A DNA stretch of 64,000 nt from an uncultured Clostridium sp. Lineage in GTDB: Bacteria; Bacillota; Clostridia; TANB77; CAG-508. The notes under the pieces were generated by a model. That model saw only the letters and a list, made by a program, of their open reading frames with translations. It ran no database searches and was not told where the DNA came from. How positions within the stretch are numbered: the stretch's first letter is position 1; each line of letters opens with the position of its first letter. The DNA lies in contig USEX01000001.1 in the NCBI GenBank assembly GCA_900553755.1, positions 29,463-93,462 on the forward strand, written 5' to 3'. The position numbers and the translations under genes are program-made. Positions 10,168 to 20,393 of this stretch are shown here, piece after piece.

Positions 10168-10929
10168 CTAGATAAATTTAAATCCTTTTGGAGCTTTAGT
10201 GGCATTAGAACTTCCGTCTCCTGAGATATAGATTGTTCCAATTTTTTTTCTTCCGATAATCCCTTTTTTATAAATTTCATATCCATCAACATAAGTATTG
10301 TTTTTTCCCGAAAAAGATCCAATTCTCTCATAACTTATTTTTTTATTATCTAAAGTTATAAGTGAATTCAAATATTTATACTCTAATTCAACAGATGTTA
10401 CTTCTATTGGATTTTCTACAACAAATCCATAGTTTTCGTTTGAATCATCTGAATATTTTATAACAGAAAATTTAGAGGGAAATGTTTCTTTTTCATAATA
10501 ATATTCTTTTTCTATTTTATCTAATGATGTAAAATCATATATTCCTTGTTCCATTTCTCCTGTTTCTTCATTAAAACCATAAGTAAAATATGAATATACA
10601 ATGCACCAAGCAAATTTTTCTTTTTCTTCCACATTTAAGTCATTTTTGTAAAATGATATATAATTTTTATCCAATAATTTAATGGCTGTTCTTATCCTTT
10701 CTTCTTTTGGAACCTCATTTATTATTTTAGGTATTTTCCCTTGTAATACATCAGTAATAAAATCATAAATTAGCAGAATTTCATTAACACTATATTTATA
10801 ATTTATAAACTTTGATATAATTGTACACATATTTGAATTTGCAACTATTCCTCTATTACCTATGTCTATATTATTTTCTATCATAAATTTTTTTACTTGA
10901 TTGTATACTTTTTCTTCTAATATTTCCAT
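10168..10929 (-). CDS. Hypothetical protein (253 aa), third gene of LMW-PTP operon
   Basis: ORF 10 nt downstream of the 91-aa gene on the same strand. I recognise no motif in it. Confidence 0.45.
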   Translation of the reverse strand: MEILEEKVYNQVKKFMIENNIDIGNRGIVANSNMCTIISKFINYKYSVNEILLIYDFITDVLQGKIPKIINEVPKEERIRTAIKLLDKNYISFYKNDLNVEEKEKFAWCIVYSYFTYGFNEETGEMEQGIYDFTSLDKIEKEYYYEKETFPSKFSVIKYSDDSNENYGFVVENPIEVTSVELEYKYLNSLITLDNKKISYERIGSFSGKNNTYVDGYEIYKKGIIGRKKIGTIYISGDGSSNATKAPKGFKFI

Positions 10930-10939
10930 ATTGTTTCTC

Positions 10940-11215
10940 CTATTCTTTTATTGCTATCATCAGTTCATTTGATTGTACCGTTCTACTTGCATTTTCATAA
11001 GTAAACTTTGCTCCAGTAAAATAAACATTATAGTCTTTATTTTCAAAGTAATCTTTGTTCATTCTTAAAAATTCATCTACTTCAGCTTCAGATAAATTAT
11101 TTTTTATCCTTAACTCATAAAAAGTATATCTAATATAATTTGGATTTTCTTTCTCCTTAGATGAAATATAATTAATTGTAAAACTTTTTAACTCTTTATC
11201 TGTCATTAAGCTCAC
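10940..11215 (-). CDS. Hypothetical protein (91 aa), translationally coupled to LMW-PTP gene
   Basis: Its start overlaps the PTP gene stop by 20 nt. Confidence 0.4.
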   Translation of the reverse strand: MSLMTDKELKSFTINYISSKEKENPNYIRYTFYELRIKNNLSEAEVDEFLRMNKDYFENKDYNVYFTGAKFTYENASRTVQSNELMIAIKE

Positions 11216-11663
11216 TCCTTATCTTATTAAGAAAACAATTACATCCCTCTATAATATCATTATAAGTAATTTCAAAATTTCCAGTGTACCATGGATCAGC
11301 AATATCTCTTGGATTACTAGAAAATTCTAAAAGCCTATATACTTTATTATCAACATCTTGTCCAACAATTCCAATTATATCTCTTATATTTTTATTTTCC
11401 ATGCCAATAATATAGTCAAATTTCTTATAATCATTCTTTGTAATTCTTCTTGCTTTATGGTTTGTATATGGAATACCTTTTTGTTCTAACTTATCTATTG
11501 TTCCATAATGCATTCCATTACCTATTTCTTCATAGCTTGTTGCAGCAGAATCTATATAAAACTTATTTTCAAGTCCATTCTTTTTTACCATATCCTTAAA
11601 GACAAATTCTGCCATTGGAGAACGACAAATATTGCCTAAACATACAAATAGTATTTTTATCAC
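11196..11663 (-). CDS. Low-molecular-weight protein-tyrosine phosphatase
   Basis: The N-terminal P-loop ILFVCLGNICRSPMAEFVF (CX5R(S/T)) is present, and the DPWY motif (IADPWYTGNFE) lies near the C-terminus. At 155 aa it is typical of YfkJ/YwlE/Wzb-class enzymes. Confidence 0.8.
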   Translation of the reverse strand: MIKILFVCLGNICRSPMAEFVFKDMVKKNGLENKFYIDSAATSYEEIGNGMHYGTIDKLEQKGIPYTNHKARRITKNDYKKFDYIIGMENKNIRDIIGIVGQDVDNKVYRLLEFSSNPRDIADPWYTGNFEITYNDIIEGCNCFLNKIRSELNDR

Positions 11664-11745
11664 TTATTACTCCCACCTTACTTTGCACATTATATCATAT
11701 AATTAGTAAAAAAACTTAAAATATATTAAATTTCTACAAAAAAAT

Positions 11746-11790
11746 AAATCCAGGTACTTACTTATATAGAGTAAATACCTGGATTTTTTA
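11746..11790. terminator. Bidirectional rho-independent terminator
   Basis: Inverted repeat AAATCCAGGTA ... TACCTGGATTT flanked by A/T runs. It lies just after the 62-aa gene stop. Confidence 0.5.
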
Positions 11791-11976
11791 TTTCATTTTT
11801 TCTTTTGATTTTTTTATTATAATTCTATTTATATCTTTTTCAGTAATTATTCTGTTTCCAATAGAGACACCAGCAGAATTAACAATTTCTACTAAATATT
11901 CATTATTCTTTATATTTAAAATTGTTGCTCTATTTTTATCATTTAGTTCTACTACATCAAATATTTTTAATTTCAT
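11788..11976 (-). CDS. Hypothetical small protein (62 aa)
   Basis: ORF only, 29 nt downstream of the CHAP gene. Confidence 0.3.
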   Translation of the reverse strand: MKLKIFDVVELNDKNRATILNIKNNEYLVEIVNSAGVSIGNRIITEKDINRIIIKKSKEKMK

Positions 11977-12005
11977 TATTTATTACCCTTTCGTTTGTTA
12001 TATTT

Positions 12006-13652
12006 TTAATACATTGGAGTGCCATATCCTCTGATTTCGTTACTATTTAAATCATAATCTCTTTCCTTACAACTATCACTTGAGTTTCCCTCTATAGTAT
12101 AAACACGCCCATTTTCAACACATTTTACAATTCCGACATGGTCTGCAATGCCATCATGTTTATCAGCCCAGTCAAAGAATATGATATCTCCAGGTTTTGG
12201 AATATATCCGCCATCTTGCCATAAACCACATGCTTTAAACCATGCAACTCCTTCCGATTCACAACTTGCAAATTTCGGTATTATACCTGCATCAATATAT
12301 CCACATTCATTTGCACACCAAGATACAAATGTTGCACACCATTCAACTCTTGAACTAAATCCATACCAAGACCAATAAGGTTGTCCACCAACATTTCCTA
12401 TTTGACTTTGAGCTACGGCAACAATATCATTACTTCCTGAAGAATTATATATAACATTTGCCCACATGCTTACATAGTCATCTTTTAGTAGTTCATTTAA
12501 TTGTTCTCTTTGCGATGAATTAAAATTGTATTTGTCAGCCATTTCTTCAGCTGTTTTATGATTTATTTTGATATGTAATTTTGTATGAGTTATTGTTTTA
12601 TATTCAGTCCAAGTTAAATGTATAATAACTTTTTCTTCAGTTGATTCTTCTTTTGTAAATGCAATTTCATTCATTTCCCAAAATATCTTTTTAATTTCCT
12701 CAATTTTATTATCATCTAATGACATCATTTCTGTTTGATAATTGCCATTACTATACTTTGCTACATAAACAGATAAAACTTCTTTCCACTCTGCTCTACT
12801 TCCTTCAATGTCGTATTCTTCATAAGGATTTTCTTGCTGAATAGCTGTAATCTTATTCATGAATTCGGTGTTTAATTCAGATATAACCTGTGACATATTT
12901 TTAGAATTTGATTCATACTCATTTGAGAAAAAAATACCAAAAACAGAACTTACTAAAAATCCTATCATGCAAATAACTATTATTATCATTACAACTATCC
13001 ATCCACCTGCAATCAAAAACATAATTAAACTTTTCATTGCTGCAATCATCATTTTTACTGCTCTAATTACTGCTTTAATAGTTGCTTTTGTAGCCTTAAC
13101 ACTTGCTTCAGCTGCTGCTTTTATTCTTTGAGCAGTTTTTTGAGCAACCTTTGCAGTTGCTTTTGCTTTTTTTTCAGTATGTATTGTGATATTTTTTGAT
13201 GTTTTTATTGATTTAATACCTGTACTACTTGCAGTTTTAATAAATTTTCCTTTATTCTTTTGTGATGTTCTAATAGTTTTGTGTTTTATAGGAGTATTTA
13301 TTTTTTTAGAATTCTTTTCTATGTATTCTTTCTCTTTACCTCTTGCAATTTTATTTTTAAATGCTTTTACTCTTTCAACACCTTTATTGATATCTTCAAC
13401 AGATTCTTTTACTGCATTTTTACCATATTTATTAAAAGCATAAATACTTTTATTAGTTGCTATATTAGTTCCGTTAGAAATTTTATTGCTTGCATACTCA
13501 ACTTCATTTTCTCCATCTGGATTATAGGTGTTTTCCCACTTATCTTTTGTAGAAACAATATTACTTTTTATTCTAGCCGAAGTGTTGACAGATTTGTCTA
13601 ATGTTTTTACTTTTCCCCTAACTTTTGTTTTTATATCAGCCACATTTTGCAC
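12006..13652 (-). CDS. T4SS-associated cell-wall hydrolase: basic N-terminal region, single TM, C-terminal CHAP domain (VirB1-functional analogue; Tn916 Orf14 / PrgK / TcpG class)
   Basis: A TM helix MFLIAGGWIVVMIIIVICMIGFLV is present. The C-terminal CHAP catalytic Cys/His are SSRVEWCATFVSW ... HVGIV. It sits just downstream of the VirB4/sortase genes. Confidence 0.8.
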   Translation of the reverse strand: MQNVADIKTKVRGKVKTLDKSVNTSARIKSNIVSTKDKWENTYNPDGENEVEYASNKISNGTNIATNKSIYAFNKYGKNAVKESVEDINKGVERVKAFKNKIARGKEKEYIEKNSKKINTPIKHKTIRTSQKNKGKFIKTASSTGIKSIKTSKNITIHTEKKAKATAKVAQKTAQRIKAAAEASVKATKATIKAVIRAVKMMIAAMKSLIMFLIAGGWIVVMIIIVICMIGFLVSSVFGIFFSNEYESNSKNMSQVISELNTEFMNKITAIQQENPYEEYDIEGSRAEWKEVLSVYVAKYSNGNYQTEMMSLDDNKIEEIKKIFWEMNEIAFTKEESTEEKVIIHLTWTEYKTITHTKLHIKINHKTAEEMADKYNFNSSQREQLNELLKDDYVSMWANVIYNSSGSNDIVAVAQSQIGNVGGQPYWSWYGFSSRVEWCATFVSWCANECGYIDAGIIPKFASCESEGVAWFKACGLWQDGGYIPKPGDIIFFDWADKHDGIADHVGIVKCVENGRVYTIEGNSSDSCKERDYDLNSNEIRGYGTPMY

Positions 13653-13667
13653 CTCCTTCTTCTAGTT

Positions 13668-14420
13668 TTATATAATTTGTTTTGCAACAACAACTAATCT
13701 GCTATTTTGAGCAGAATATTCGCAAGTTGATAATGTTATTAACTTCTCCTTATAATTTGGAATAATACCTGTATTATAAAAAGACATTGAACAACACTTT
13801 TTTATAAATTCTGAATATTCTTCTTGTGAATCTAATTCTATATTTTGATAATATTTAAAAGTATTACTTTCATATAACTTAGTTTTAAAAACTGCGAATA
13901 TTTCATATTTTTTAATACCATCTAAAGTATAAAATTTAATTATTTTATGATTATCATAATATTGTTTATCCTTATAATTTTCTAAAATTCCAAACATTTT
14001 TGAATTTTTCATGTGATGACCATATACTATTAAATTTTCACTTGTGTCTAAATTACATTCTTCTGCTAGAAATGGAGTTCCATAAGAAGAATATTCTTTA
14101 TTGAAATTTCTTTTCAAGTAATATTCTGGTCTATCTTTTGTTTGCATTACTGGGTAATCTAAACTAGTATTATCTATTTTTATCCAACCTATTAAATCAT
14201 CATTTTGAGCATATAAATCAGTTAAATTTATATCTCTATTTGGGTTCAGGTTGCCTTTTGAATTGTTTTCATTATCGACTTGTATAATTTTATATAATTC
14301 TTTAAAAAACGATTCTTGTTCTTTTTCAACTTTTAATTGTTTATATATAAAATAACTGCTAATAACTATTAAAGCTATTAGCAGTATTACTATTATGAAA
14401 TATACTATTTTTTTCATCAT
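13668..14420 (-). CDS. srtB: Class B sortase
   Basis: It has an N-terminal TM anchor. The active-site His is in LIVYGHHM and the Cys in LITLSTCEY (the TLxTC sortase motif, LSTC variant typical of class B). It is 250 aa. Confidence 0.7.
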   Translation of the reverse strand: MMKKIVYFIIVILLIALIVISSYFIYKQLKVEKEQESFFKELYKIIQVDNENNSKGNLNPNRDINLTDLYAQNDDLIGWIKIDNTSLDYPVMQTKDRPEYYLKRNFNKEYSSYGTPFLAEECNLDTSENLIVYGHHMKNSKMFGILENYKDKQYYDNHKIIKFYTLDGIKKYEIFAVFKTKLYESNTFKYYQNIELDSQEEYSEFIKKCCSMSFYNTGIIPNYKEKLITLSTCEYSAQNSRLVVVAKQII

Positions 14421-16750
14421 ATACCCTCTCCTGGTTTTGTTGTCATGAGTTTATATAACTCGGTATTGCGTGGAAATCTGTTTTTAAAAGGAACTAGACT
14501 TCTACCTACTTTTATAAGTCCCTCTCCTGCACCACTATTAGTTATATAACTCATTTGTAAATCTGATATATTTAATAATTTAGCAAGTTCGATTCTATCA
14601 GTACTTGCTTGATTTAGCATTACAATAAATTCAGAGTTAGCAAGCATTGTTCTTGCTGTATGGCTTTGTAATAAGTCATCAACATTTTGAGTTATACCTG
14701 TTGCATAAGCTCCATACTTTCTTACCCTTTTCCATAATGTAAATAAGAAATTTGCTGAATATTCATATTGAAATAATAAGTATATCTCATCAATAAATAT
14801 ATATGTATTTCTACCTTTCGCTCTATTGGCTGTAATTCTATTTAAAATGGAATCTAATACTACAAGCATTCCAAGCGGAAGTAATTGCTTACCTAAATCT
14901 AAAATATCATAACATATTAATCTGTTATTTGTATCAACATTAGTTTGCTTAGCAAATGTATTCAAACTACCATCTGTAAATAATTCAATTGCAAGAGCAA
15001 TTTCCTTTGCCTCAGGCTCATTTTGATTCAGCAATTCTTCTCTAAAATCTTGTAATGTCGGTGGTGTGCCTTTATAATTGTTTTGTTGATATGTTCTATA
15101 AACAGAGGCTGTACATCTATCAATTATAGATTTTTGTTTTGCACCTAGATTAGCACTACCAATTAATTGTTCGCATAAAGACAAAATGAACTCCGATTTT
15201 AGGATAACTGGATTTGCTCCATCTCCATATTCGGAATTCATGTCCATTGCATTTATATGATTATCACTTGTTGCAGACACATGTATTACTTCTCCACCGA
15301 GTGCTTTTACAAGTCTTGATTCTTCACGTTCCGGATCTACAATAATAACATCTGCATTAGGATCTCTTAATATTATTGATACTATTTCATTTTTTGCTGC
15401 AAAGGATTTACCACTACCAGATACACCTAAAATGAATGAGTTACCATTTAAAAGCTGTTTTCTATCTGCTATTATCATGTTTTTACTTATAACATTTTGA
15501 CCATAATAAATTCCATTTTCGTGCCTTATTTCTTGAACTTTAAAAGGCATAAATACTGCTAAACTTTCTGTTGTAAGTGTTCGTAAAGCGTCAATTTTTC
15601 TAACACCAAACGGCATTGCAGTATTTAATCCATCTAACTGTTGAAATCGTAACACCCCTAATTGACATAGATTTTTTCTTGCAATAGTTTTTAAACTTTC
15701 AGTATCATTATCTAATTGTTCTTTTGTATCTGCAGTATGAACAATTGTTAATACTGATAAAAACATTCTCTGGTCTCTTTGTATTAAATCATCTAAAAAC
15801 TCTTTGCTTTCTTTACGCTGTTGTTCCATATCATATGGAATAATAGCAGAAAAGTTGTTATTAGCATTTTGTTTTCTTTGCCAATTGGTAATATTCGTCT
15901 CTATTCCTAATCTTCTATTTTCGGCTTCTCGAACAGCCTCATCCATTGGCACAGGAATAATATCTATACTCATCATCATATTTCTATTTAATTCCGTTAA
16001 TTCTGATACCATTGAATCTTTAATATATGACGCATACTCTTTTAAAAATAATACTCTACCATATCTATTTCCGATTTTGAAATAATCGCTTTGGACTTCA
16101 AATGTGTCAGGACAGATAAAGTCTTTGAAATTATGACCTTTTCTTAAATTTTCTTTCATATCAAATCTAAAAGAAGTTTCTTCTCCTACTCTATAAAAAT
16201 CATGGCATATCCTTAATCTTTCTTCTGCGTCTAATTCTATACATCTTGAACCTAATGATGCAAAATGATTTACAAGTTCAGATGTTGTTCGTGCAAAATA
16301 ATTTCGTGCTTCCTCTATAGATTTCTTGTTTATTGATATTGTAATTATCTTTTCTTGTACTATCCCATTTGCTCCTTTTGCCTGTTCTAAAAGCATATCG
16401 TTATATTCTTTTCTATATTTATCAAGCTCATCTCCTTGATATTTCATAAGTATTGTTTTTTCAAAATCTAATCTATTTATTCTTCTATTATTAATTGTTA
16501 TTTTAGATGTAGCTCCACTATCTAAACTATTTAATAAGTCACTATAATCTAAAAACATTGTTTCTTTATCTTCATGACTTGCTACCGCATAATTAATGTC
16601 TAAAAATCTATACGATTTTGAATATTTATTTTTTTGAACTTCAAAAATACCATCGTCATAAATTGTTTTAATTGGTATTATATCTTGTACATTTCTTGGC
16701 ACAACAAATTTTTCTTTATCTCTTTTAAATAATTCTTTTAATGTTTTCAT
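14417..16750 (-). CDS. VirB4-family T4SS ATPase (TcpF / PrgJ / Tn916 Orf16 class)
   Basis: It is 777 aa with Walker A ILGVSGSGKSFAAK and a Walker B region TYIFIDEIYLLF. Its start overlaps the VirB3-like gene stop. Confidence 0.85.
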   Translation of the reverse strand: MKTLKELFKRDKEKFVVPRNVQDIIPIKTIYDDGIFEVQKNKYSKSYRFLDINYAVASHEDKETMFLDYSDLLNSLDSGATSKITINNRRINRLDFEKTILMKYQGDELDKYRKEYNDMLLEQAKGANGIVQEKIITISINKKSIEEARNYFARTTSELVNHFASLGSRCIELDAEERLRICHDFYRVGEETSFRFDMKENLRKGHNFKDFICPDTFEVQSDYFKIGNRYGRVLFLKEYASYIKDSMVSELTELNRNMMMSIDIIPVPMDEAVREAENRRLGIETNITNWQRKQNANNNFSAIIPYDMEQQRKESKEFLDDLIQRDQRMFLSVLTIVHTADTKEQLDNDTESLKTIARKNLCQLGVLRFQQLDGLNTAMPFGVRKIDALRTLTTESLAVFMPFKVQEIRHENGIYYGQNVISKNMIIADRKQLLNGNSFILGVSGSGKSFAAKNEIVSIILRDPNADVIIVDPEREESRLVKALGGEVIHVSATSDNHINAMDMNSEYGDGANPVILKSEFILSLCEQLIGSANLGAKQKSIIDRCTASVYRTYQQNNYKGTPPTLQDFREELLNQNEPEAKEIALAIELFTDGSLNTFAKQTNVDTNNRLICYDILDLGKQLLPLGMLVVLDSILNRITANRAKGRNTYIFIDEIYLLFQYEYSANFLFTLWKRVRKYGAYATGITQNVDDLLQSHTARTMLANSEFIVMLNQASTDRIELAKLLNISDLQMSYITNSGAGEGLIKVGRSLVPFKNRFPRNTELYKLMTTKPGEGI

Positions 16751-17109
16751 TCTGTTTTTCTCCCTCCTTTTTCTAATTTTTCAATTGAATTTTTATTTGC
16801 TTCGTAGTAAATGTTAGTTGCTTTAAATGTGAGTTTTTTTGGAGTTAGAATTTCTGATTTAAACCAAGCTAAAATAAATTGTTCGGCATTCATTCCGTTA
16901 TATGTAACAAACCCTAAAACAGCAAATGGGCATGCACCTAATATGCATACCCATGACAATGTTTCTATACCAAAATATGGTTTTAATATAAAATAAAGTA
17001 CTACAGAAACTATCAAAGCAATTATAGAAAATAAAAACTGCCTCATAGACAGTCCAAAAAATATCGACTCAGTATATTGTCGAATTTCTCTATTAATTTT
17101 TACTTCCAC
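16747..17109 (-). CDS. VirB3-like small membrane protein (PrgI / Tn916 Orf17 class)
   Basis: It is 120 aa with two TM helices and lies immediately upstream of, and overlapping, virB4, which is the conserved position. Confidence 0.5.
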   Translation of the reverse strand: MEVKINREIRQYTESIFFGLSMRQFLFSIIALIVSVVLYFILKPYFGIETLSWVCILGACPFAVLGFVTYNGMNAEQFILAWFKSEILTPKKLTFKATNIYYEANKNSIEKLEKGGRKTE

Positions 17110-17154
17110 TTATCTATCACTCCTATCTTGATTTATTTTTATCTTTAACAATTT

Positions 17155-17985
17155 TTATAATCCCATCATTTCTCTTACAATTCTGTCAGATGCTTTTATT
17201 GTTCCAACAAGCACTAACATATTAAATATAAGTTCTCCTATGTATTTCCAAACCATAGTTACTGCAGCAGCATTTGTATCTACCGTTGGTGGACTAGAAG
17301 CAAATAACGAGAATATAACACATGCTAACACAATAATTGCTCCCTCTAAACAAACACTACAATAAGATTTTAAAAAGTTTTTACCTACACTTTGAGTTGG
17401 CTCTCCTGCAAATGTACTTAATGGTATAGGAGCAATGGCAGTATATAAATATAGTTTAAAAAACCTACCATACACACTTAAAATCATAATAAATGAAATA
17501 ACAGTAACAAATAGTCCTCCTATAAGTGTTACAGCCCATAATGGTATGCTTTCAAAAAATCCACAAGCATTGATAGCATCTATCATTGCCTGTGGTAAAG
17601 TTGCCTGAGTTGCTTCTCCAAGTCCTGCTGAAGACATTATTGTTGAAACAACTCCTTGTATAATTTTAAAAATTGCCATCATAAGTTCAAGTCCATAAGT
17701 AACTAGACCTTTTGCTAATACAAATCTTATAAAAAGTTTTAGAGCATGTTCAGGTTTTTTTACTTCTGCAAAACTTCCACATGTTTTCATTACTCCTACA
17801 ACAAAGAATAAAACTAACAGTCCTAATCCAATTGCTTGTAAAGCACCATGAATATTAACTATCACATTCCAAATTGTGCCACCTCTAAAAGAATCTGGAG
17901 ATGTAGATACTAAAGTCCATATTTCATTTAACTTTTCGTTCCAGGTATCTAATGAATTTTGTAAATTTCCTACTACCCAATTCAA
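17155..17985 (-). CDS. Polytopic membrane protein, VirB6/TrbL-like candidate
   Basis: It is 276 aa with at least 5 predicted TM helices, between the pilin-like and VirB3-like genes. Confidence 0.45.
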   Translation of the reverse strand: MNWVVGNLQNSLDTWNEKLNEIWTLVSTSPDSFRGGTIWNVIVNIHGALQAIGLGLLVLFFVVGVMKTCGSFAEVKKPEHALKLFIRFVLAKGLVTYGLELMMAIFKIIQGVVSTIMSSAGLGEATQATLPQAMIDAINACGFFESIPLWAVTLIGGLFVTVISFIMILSVYGRFFKLYLYTAIAPIPLSTFAGEPTQSVGKNFLKSYCSVCLEGAIIVLACVIFSLFASSPPTVDTNAAAVTMVWKYIGELIFNMLVLVGTIKASDRIVREMMGL

Positions 17986-18065
17986 ATAAATTCACCTCCT
18001 ATATAAAATTAACTTAAACCAAATAAAGCAAATATCATATCAAGATATTTGCCTTAACTATATTT

Positions 18066-18395
18066 TTATCCACCAGTTATTAGTGATAGTATTTCTTTTG
18101 CAAATGTTATTACTACGCCGCCGGCTAAAGTCATAATTCCATTAGCTCTTTGTGAAGGGTCATGACTTTTTAATGACATACCAATTTGAACTATACCAAA
18201 TCCAAGTATTATCATACCTACAGCTCTAATCAATCCAAAAATAAAATTTGATAAATTATTTATTACTGATAATGGGTCATCTGCCGCAAAAGAATTGCTT
18301 GCTTGGGCAATAAATAAAATAATTACATATAATATAATAACGGCTATCTTAAACAATAGTCTCTTAACATTAAATTTTTTCTTTTCCATTTTCAA
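18066..18395 (-). CDS. Small secreted double-TM protein, VirB2/TrbC pilin-like (Maff2-type)
   Basis: It has a signal peptide ending ...NSFAADDP and two hydrophobic helices (GLIRAVGMIILGFGIVQIG; IMTLAGGVVITFA). It is 109 aa and overlaps the T4CP stop. Confidence 0.4.
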   Translation of the reverse strand: MKMEKKKFNVKRLLFKIAVIILYVIILFIAQASNSFAADDPLSVINNLSNFIFGLIRAVGMIILGFGIVQIGMSLKSHDPSQRANGIMTLAGGVVITFAKEILSLITGG

Positions 18396-20187
18396 ATTCC
18401 TCCATAATATATTTTTCTAATTCTTCTTCAGATAAAATCTCATAATCTGAAGTTATTTCTTCAATTTCTTGTGCAGATTCAAAATTATCATAATCGAATG
18501 ATAATGTAGCAATTGCATTTTCAGTTTCACCATGTATATATGGCTTAGCTTTTCCTAAACCTGATAATGCAACATTTTTATGTTCAAATAAATTGAACTT
18601 TAAATCTAAAACTGGTCTTTCTCCTCTAATAAAAAGAAGTGCGTATTTATTATCTAACATTCGCACTTCATCTGGAGTTAATAACTCTCTCCCACTATTT
18701 TGATAATTAGTAGAATAACTACCGCTTCTGCCTGAACTTTTGCCATAAGTATTAGTGTCTATTGTTTCTTTACCTAATAATTCAGAAACATATTTATGTG
18801 TTGATTGTTCATTTCCTCCCAAATATAAGAATTCATCACAATTTCCTACAATTGATTCCCATTGTTTTTCAAATAGTGCTTTCAATTGTGCTAGATTTTG
18901 CAAGATTATAGATACAGATACTTCTCTTGAACGCATTACTGATAAAATCTTGTCAAAATCGTCAGGTAAACTCACATTTGCAAACTCGTCCATTACAAAA
19001 TGAACATGAACAGGTAAACTCCCACCATACTTATGGTCTGCTAAATAAAACAATTGTTGAAATATTTGTGTATATAAAATACTAACTAAAAAATTAAATG
19101 ATATATCATTGTCTGGTATTATAGCAAACAATGCTACTTTCTTTTCTCCTAAACTTGGCAAATCTAATTCATCTGTCATAGTCATATTTGCTAAACTTTC
19201 GAGATTAAACTTTTCAAGTCTTGCAGCTAAGGTTATTTGTATAGACTTTAGTGTTTTTGCACTTCCACTATGATAATCATGATAATATTTAACTGCTATA
19301 TGTTCAGGATTTTTAGCTTCTAATCTATTCATCAGCATATCTAGTGGACTTACATAACTATCATCGTCTTCATGAACATCTCCTGCTCTTAATAGTTCCA
19401 TAACCATAACAAAATTTTGTTCTTCTTCTGGTGCTTCATACATTAGATAAAATATTAATGATAATAAAAGCATCTGTGCTGCTGTATCCCAAAAAGGATC
19501 ATTTGAACTTGCTCCTTTTGGAGTAGTGCTTTTAAATAGATTAGTTACTAATTTTTGAACATCATTATCATTCTTTAAATACACAAATGGATTATAGCAA
19601 TGACTTCTATCCATATTTATTAAATCTAATACTCTTACTTCATAGCCTTTTTTCTCTAGTAAGTAGCCTGTGTCACGCACAATTTCCCCTTTAGGATCAA
19701 GACAAACAAAAGATGTATTAGCTTGCATAATATTAGGCTTGCAATAACTAAAAGTTTTTCCAGCACCACTACCTCCAACAACTAATACATTTAGATTTCT
19801 TTTATGTTCTTTTCCATTTAAACCAATTCTTACATTTTTAGTTAATATCTTGTTCATGTTTTCAGGTTTCTGCATATATTTTTTATTTAACTGGCTTGCT
19901 ATTCCCCATTTTGCTGAGCCATGTTCCTCCCTCCTACGATAATTCTTTTTTGTTGATTCATATATTGCTATTATCATAATGTAAATGAGTAAAAAAATAA
20001 GAATAGATTTTATACTATTCTCACACCAACTTATTTTAAACGGATTATTCATTGAATTAGTAAATCCTGTAATTATACTTACTAATCCATTGTTTAGATT
20101 TGGTGCTACCATTAAAGCTAACCAAATCGTAGGAATTAAACCTAAAATATATAGTATTCTATTTTGTAATTGTTCATCTTGTCTCAT
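18370..20187 (-). CDS. Type IV coupling protein (VirD4/TraG/PcfC family)
   Basis: Two N-terminal TM helices are present. Walker A is VLVVGGSGAGKTFSY and the Walker B region is HFVMDEFAN. It is 605 aa. Confidence 0.85.
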   Translation of the reverse strand: MRQDEQLQNRILYILGLIPTIWLALMVAPNLNNGLVSIITGFTNSMNNPFKISWCENSIKSILIFLLIYIMIIAIYESTKKNYRRREEHGSAKWGIASQLNKKYMQKPENMNKILTKNVRIGLNGKEHKRNLNVLVVGGSGAGKTFSYCKPNIMQANTSFVCLDPKGEIVRDTGYLLEKKGYEVRVLDLINMDRSHCYNPFVYLKNDNDVQKLVTNLFKSTTPKGASSNDPFWDTAAQMLLLSLIFYLMYEAPEEEQNFVMVMELLRAGDVHEDDDSYVSPLDMLMNRLEAKNPEHIAVKYYHDYHSGSAKTLKSIQITLAARLEKFNLESLANMTMTDELDLPSLGEKKVALFAIIPDNDISFNFLVSILYTQIFQQLFYLADHKYGGSLPVHVHFVMDEFANVSLPDDFDKILSVMRSREVSVSIILQNLAQLKALFEKQWESIVGNCDEFLYLGGNEQSTHKYVSELLGKETIDTNTYGKSSGRSGSYSTNYQNSGRELLTPDEVRMLDNKYALLFIRGERPVLDLKFNLFEHKNVALSGLGKAKPYIHGETENAIATLSFDYDNFESAQEIEEITSDYEILSEEELEKYIMEEFENGKEKI

Positions 20188-20384
20188 CTTATATAGTTTC
20201 CTTTGAGTCTATTTAATACAAGCTTTTGTTTTTTGACTGGGGCATCCATTAACTTTAATATAATATCATCGACTGAATCAGTTGATATACCATCTTCTAA
20301 TAACTTACTTCGTAGATGATTTAATGCATTGATAGTTGTTCCTTTTTCATATCTATCAAATTCAATTACATATTTTTCTTCCAT
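20184..20384 (-). CDS. Hypothetical small protein (66 aa) between T4CP and PcfB-like genes
   Basis: ORF whose stop overlaps the T4CP start (ATGA). Confidence 0.35.
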   Translation of the reverse strand: MEEKYVIEFDRYEKGTTINALNHLRSKLLEDGISTDSVDDIILKLMDAPVKKQKLVLNRLKGNYIR

Positions 20385-20393
20385 CGTTACCTC

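Noticed and set aside
11196-11663. Alternative call of the CX5R protein as an arsenate reductase (ArsC, LMW-PTP fold)
   Set aside because: The P-loop CLGNICRSP and the DPWY motif match LMW-PTPs rather than the CTGNSCRS loop of Bacillus-type ArsC. No arsR/arsB neighbours are present.
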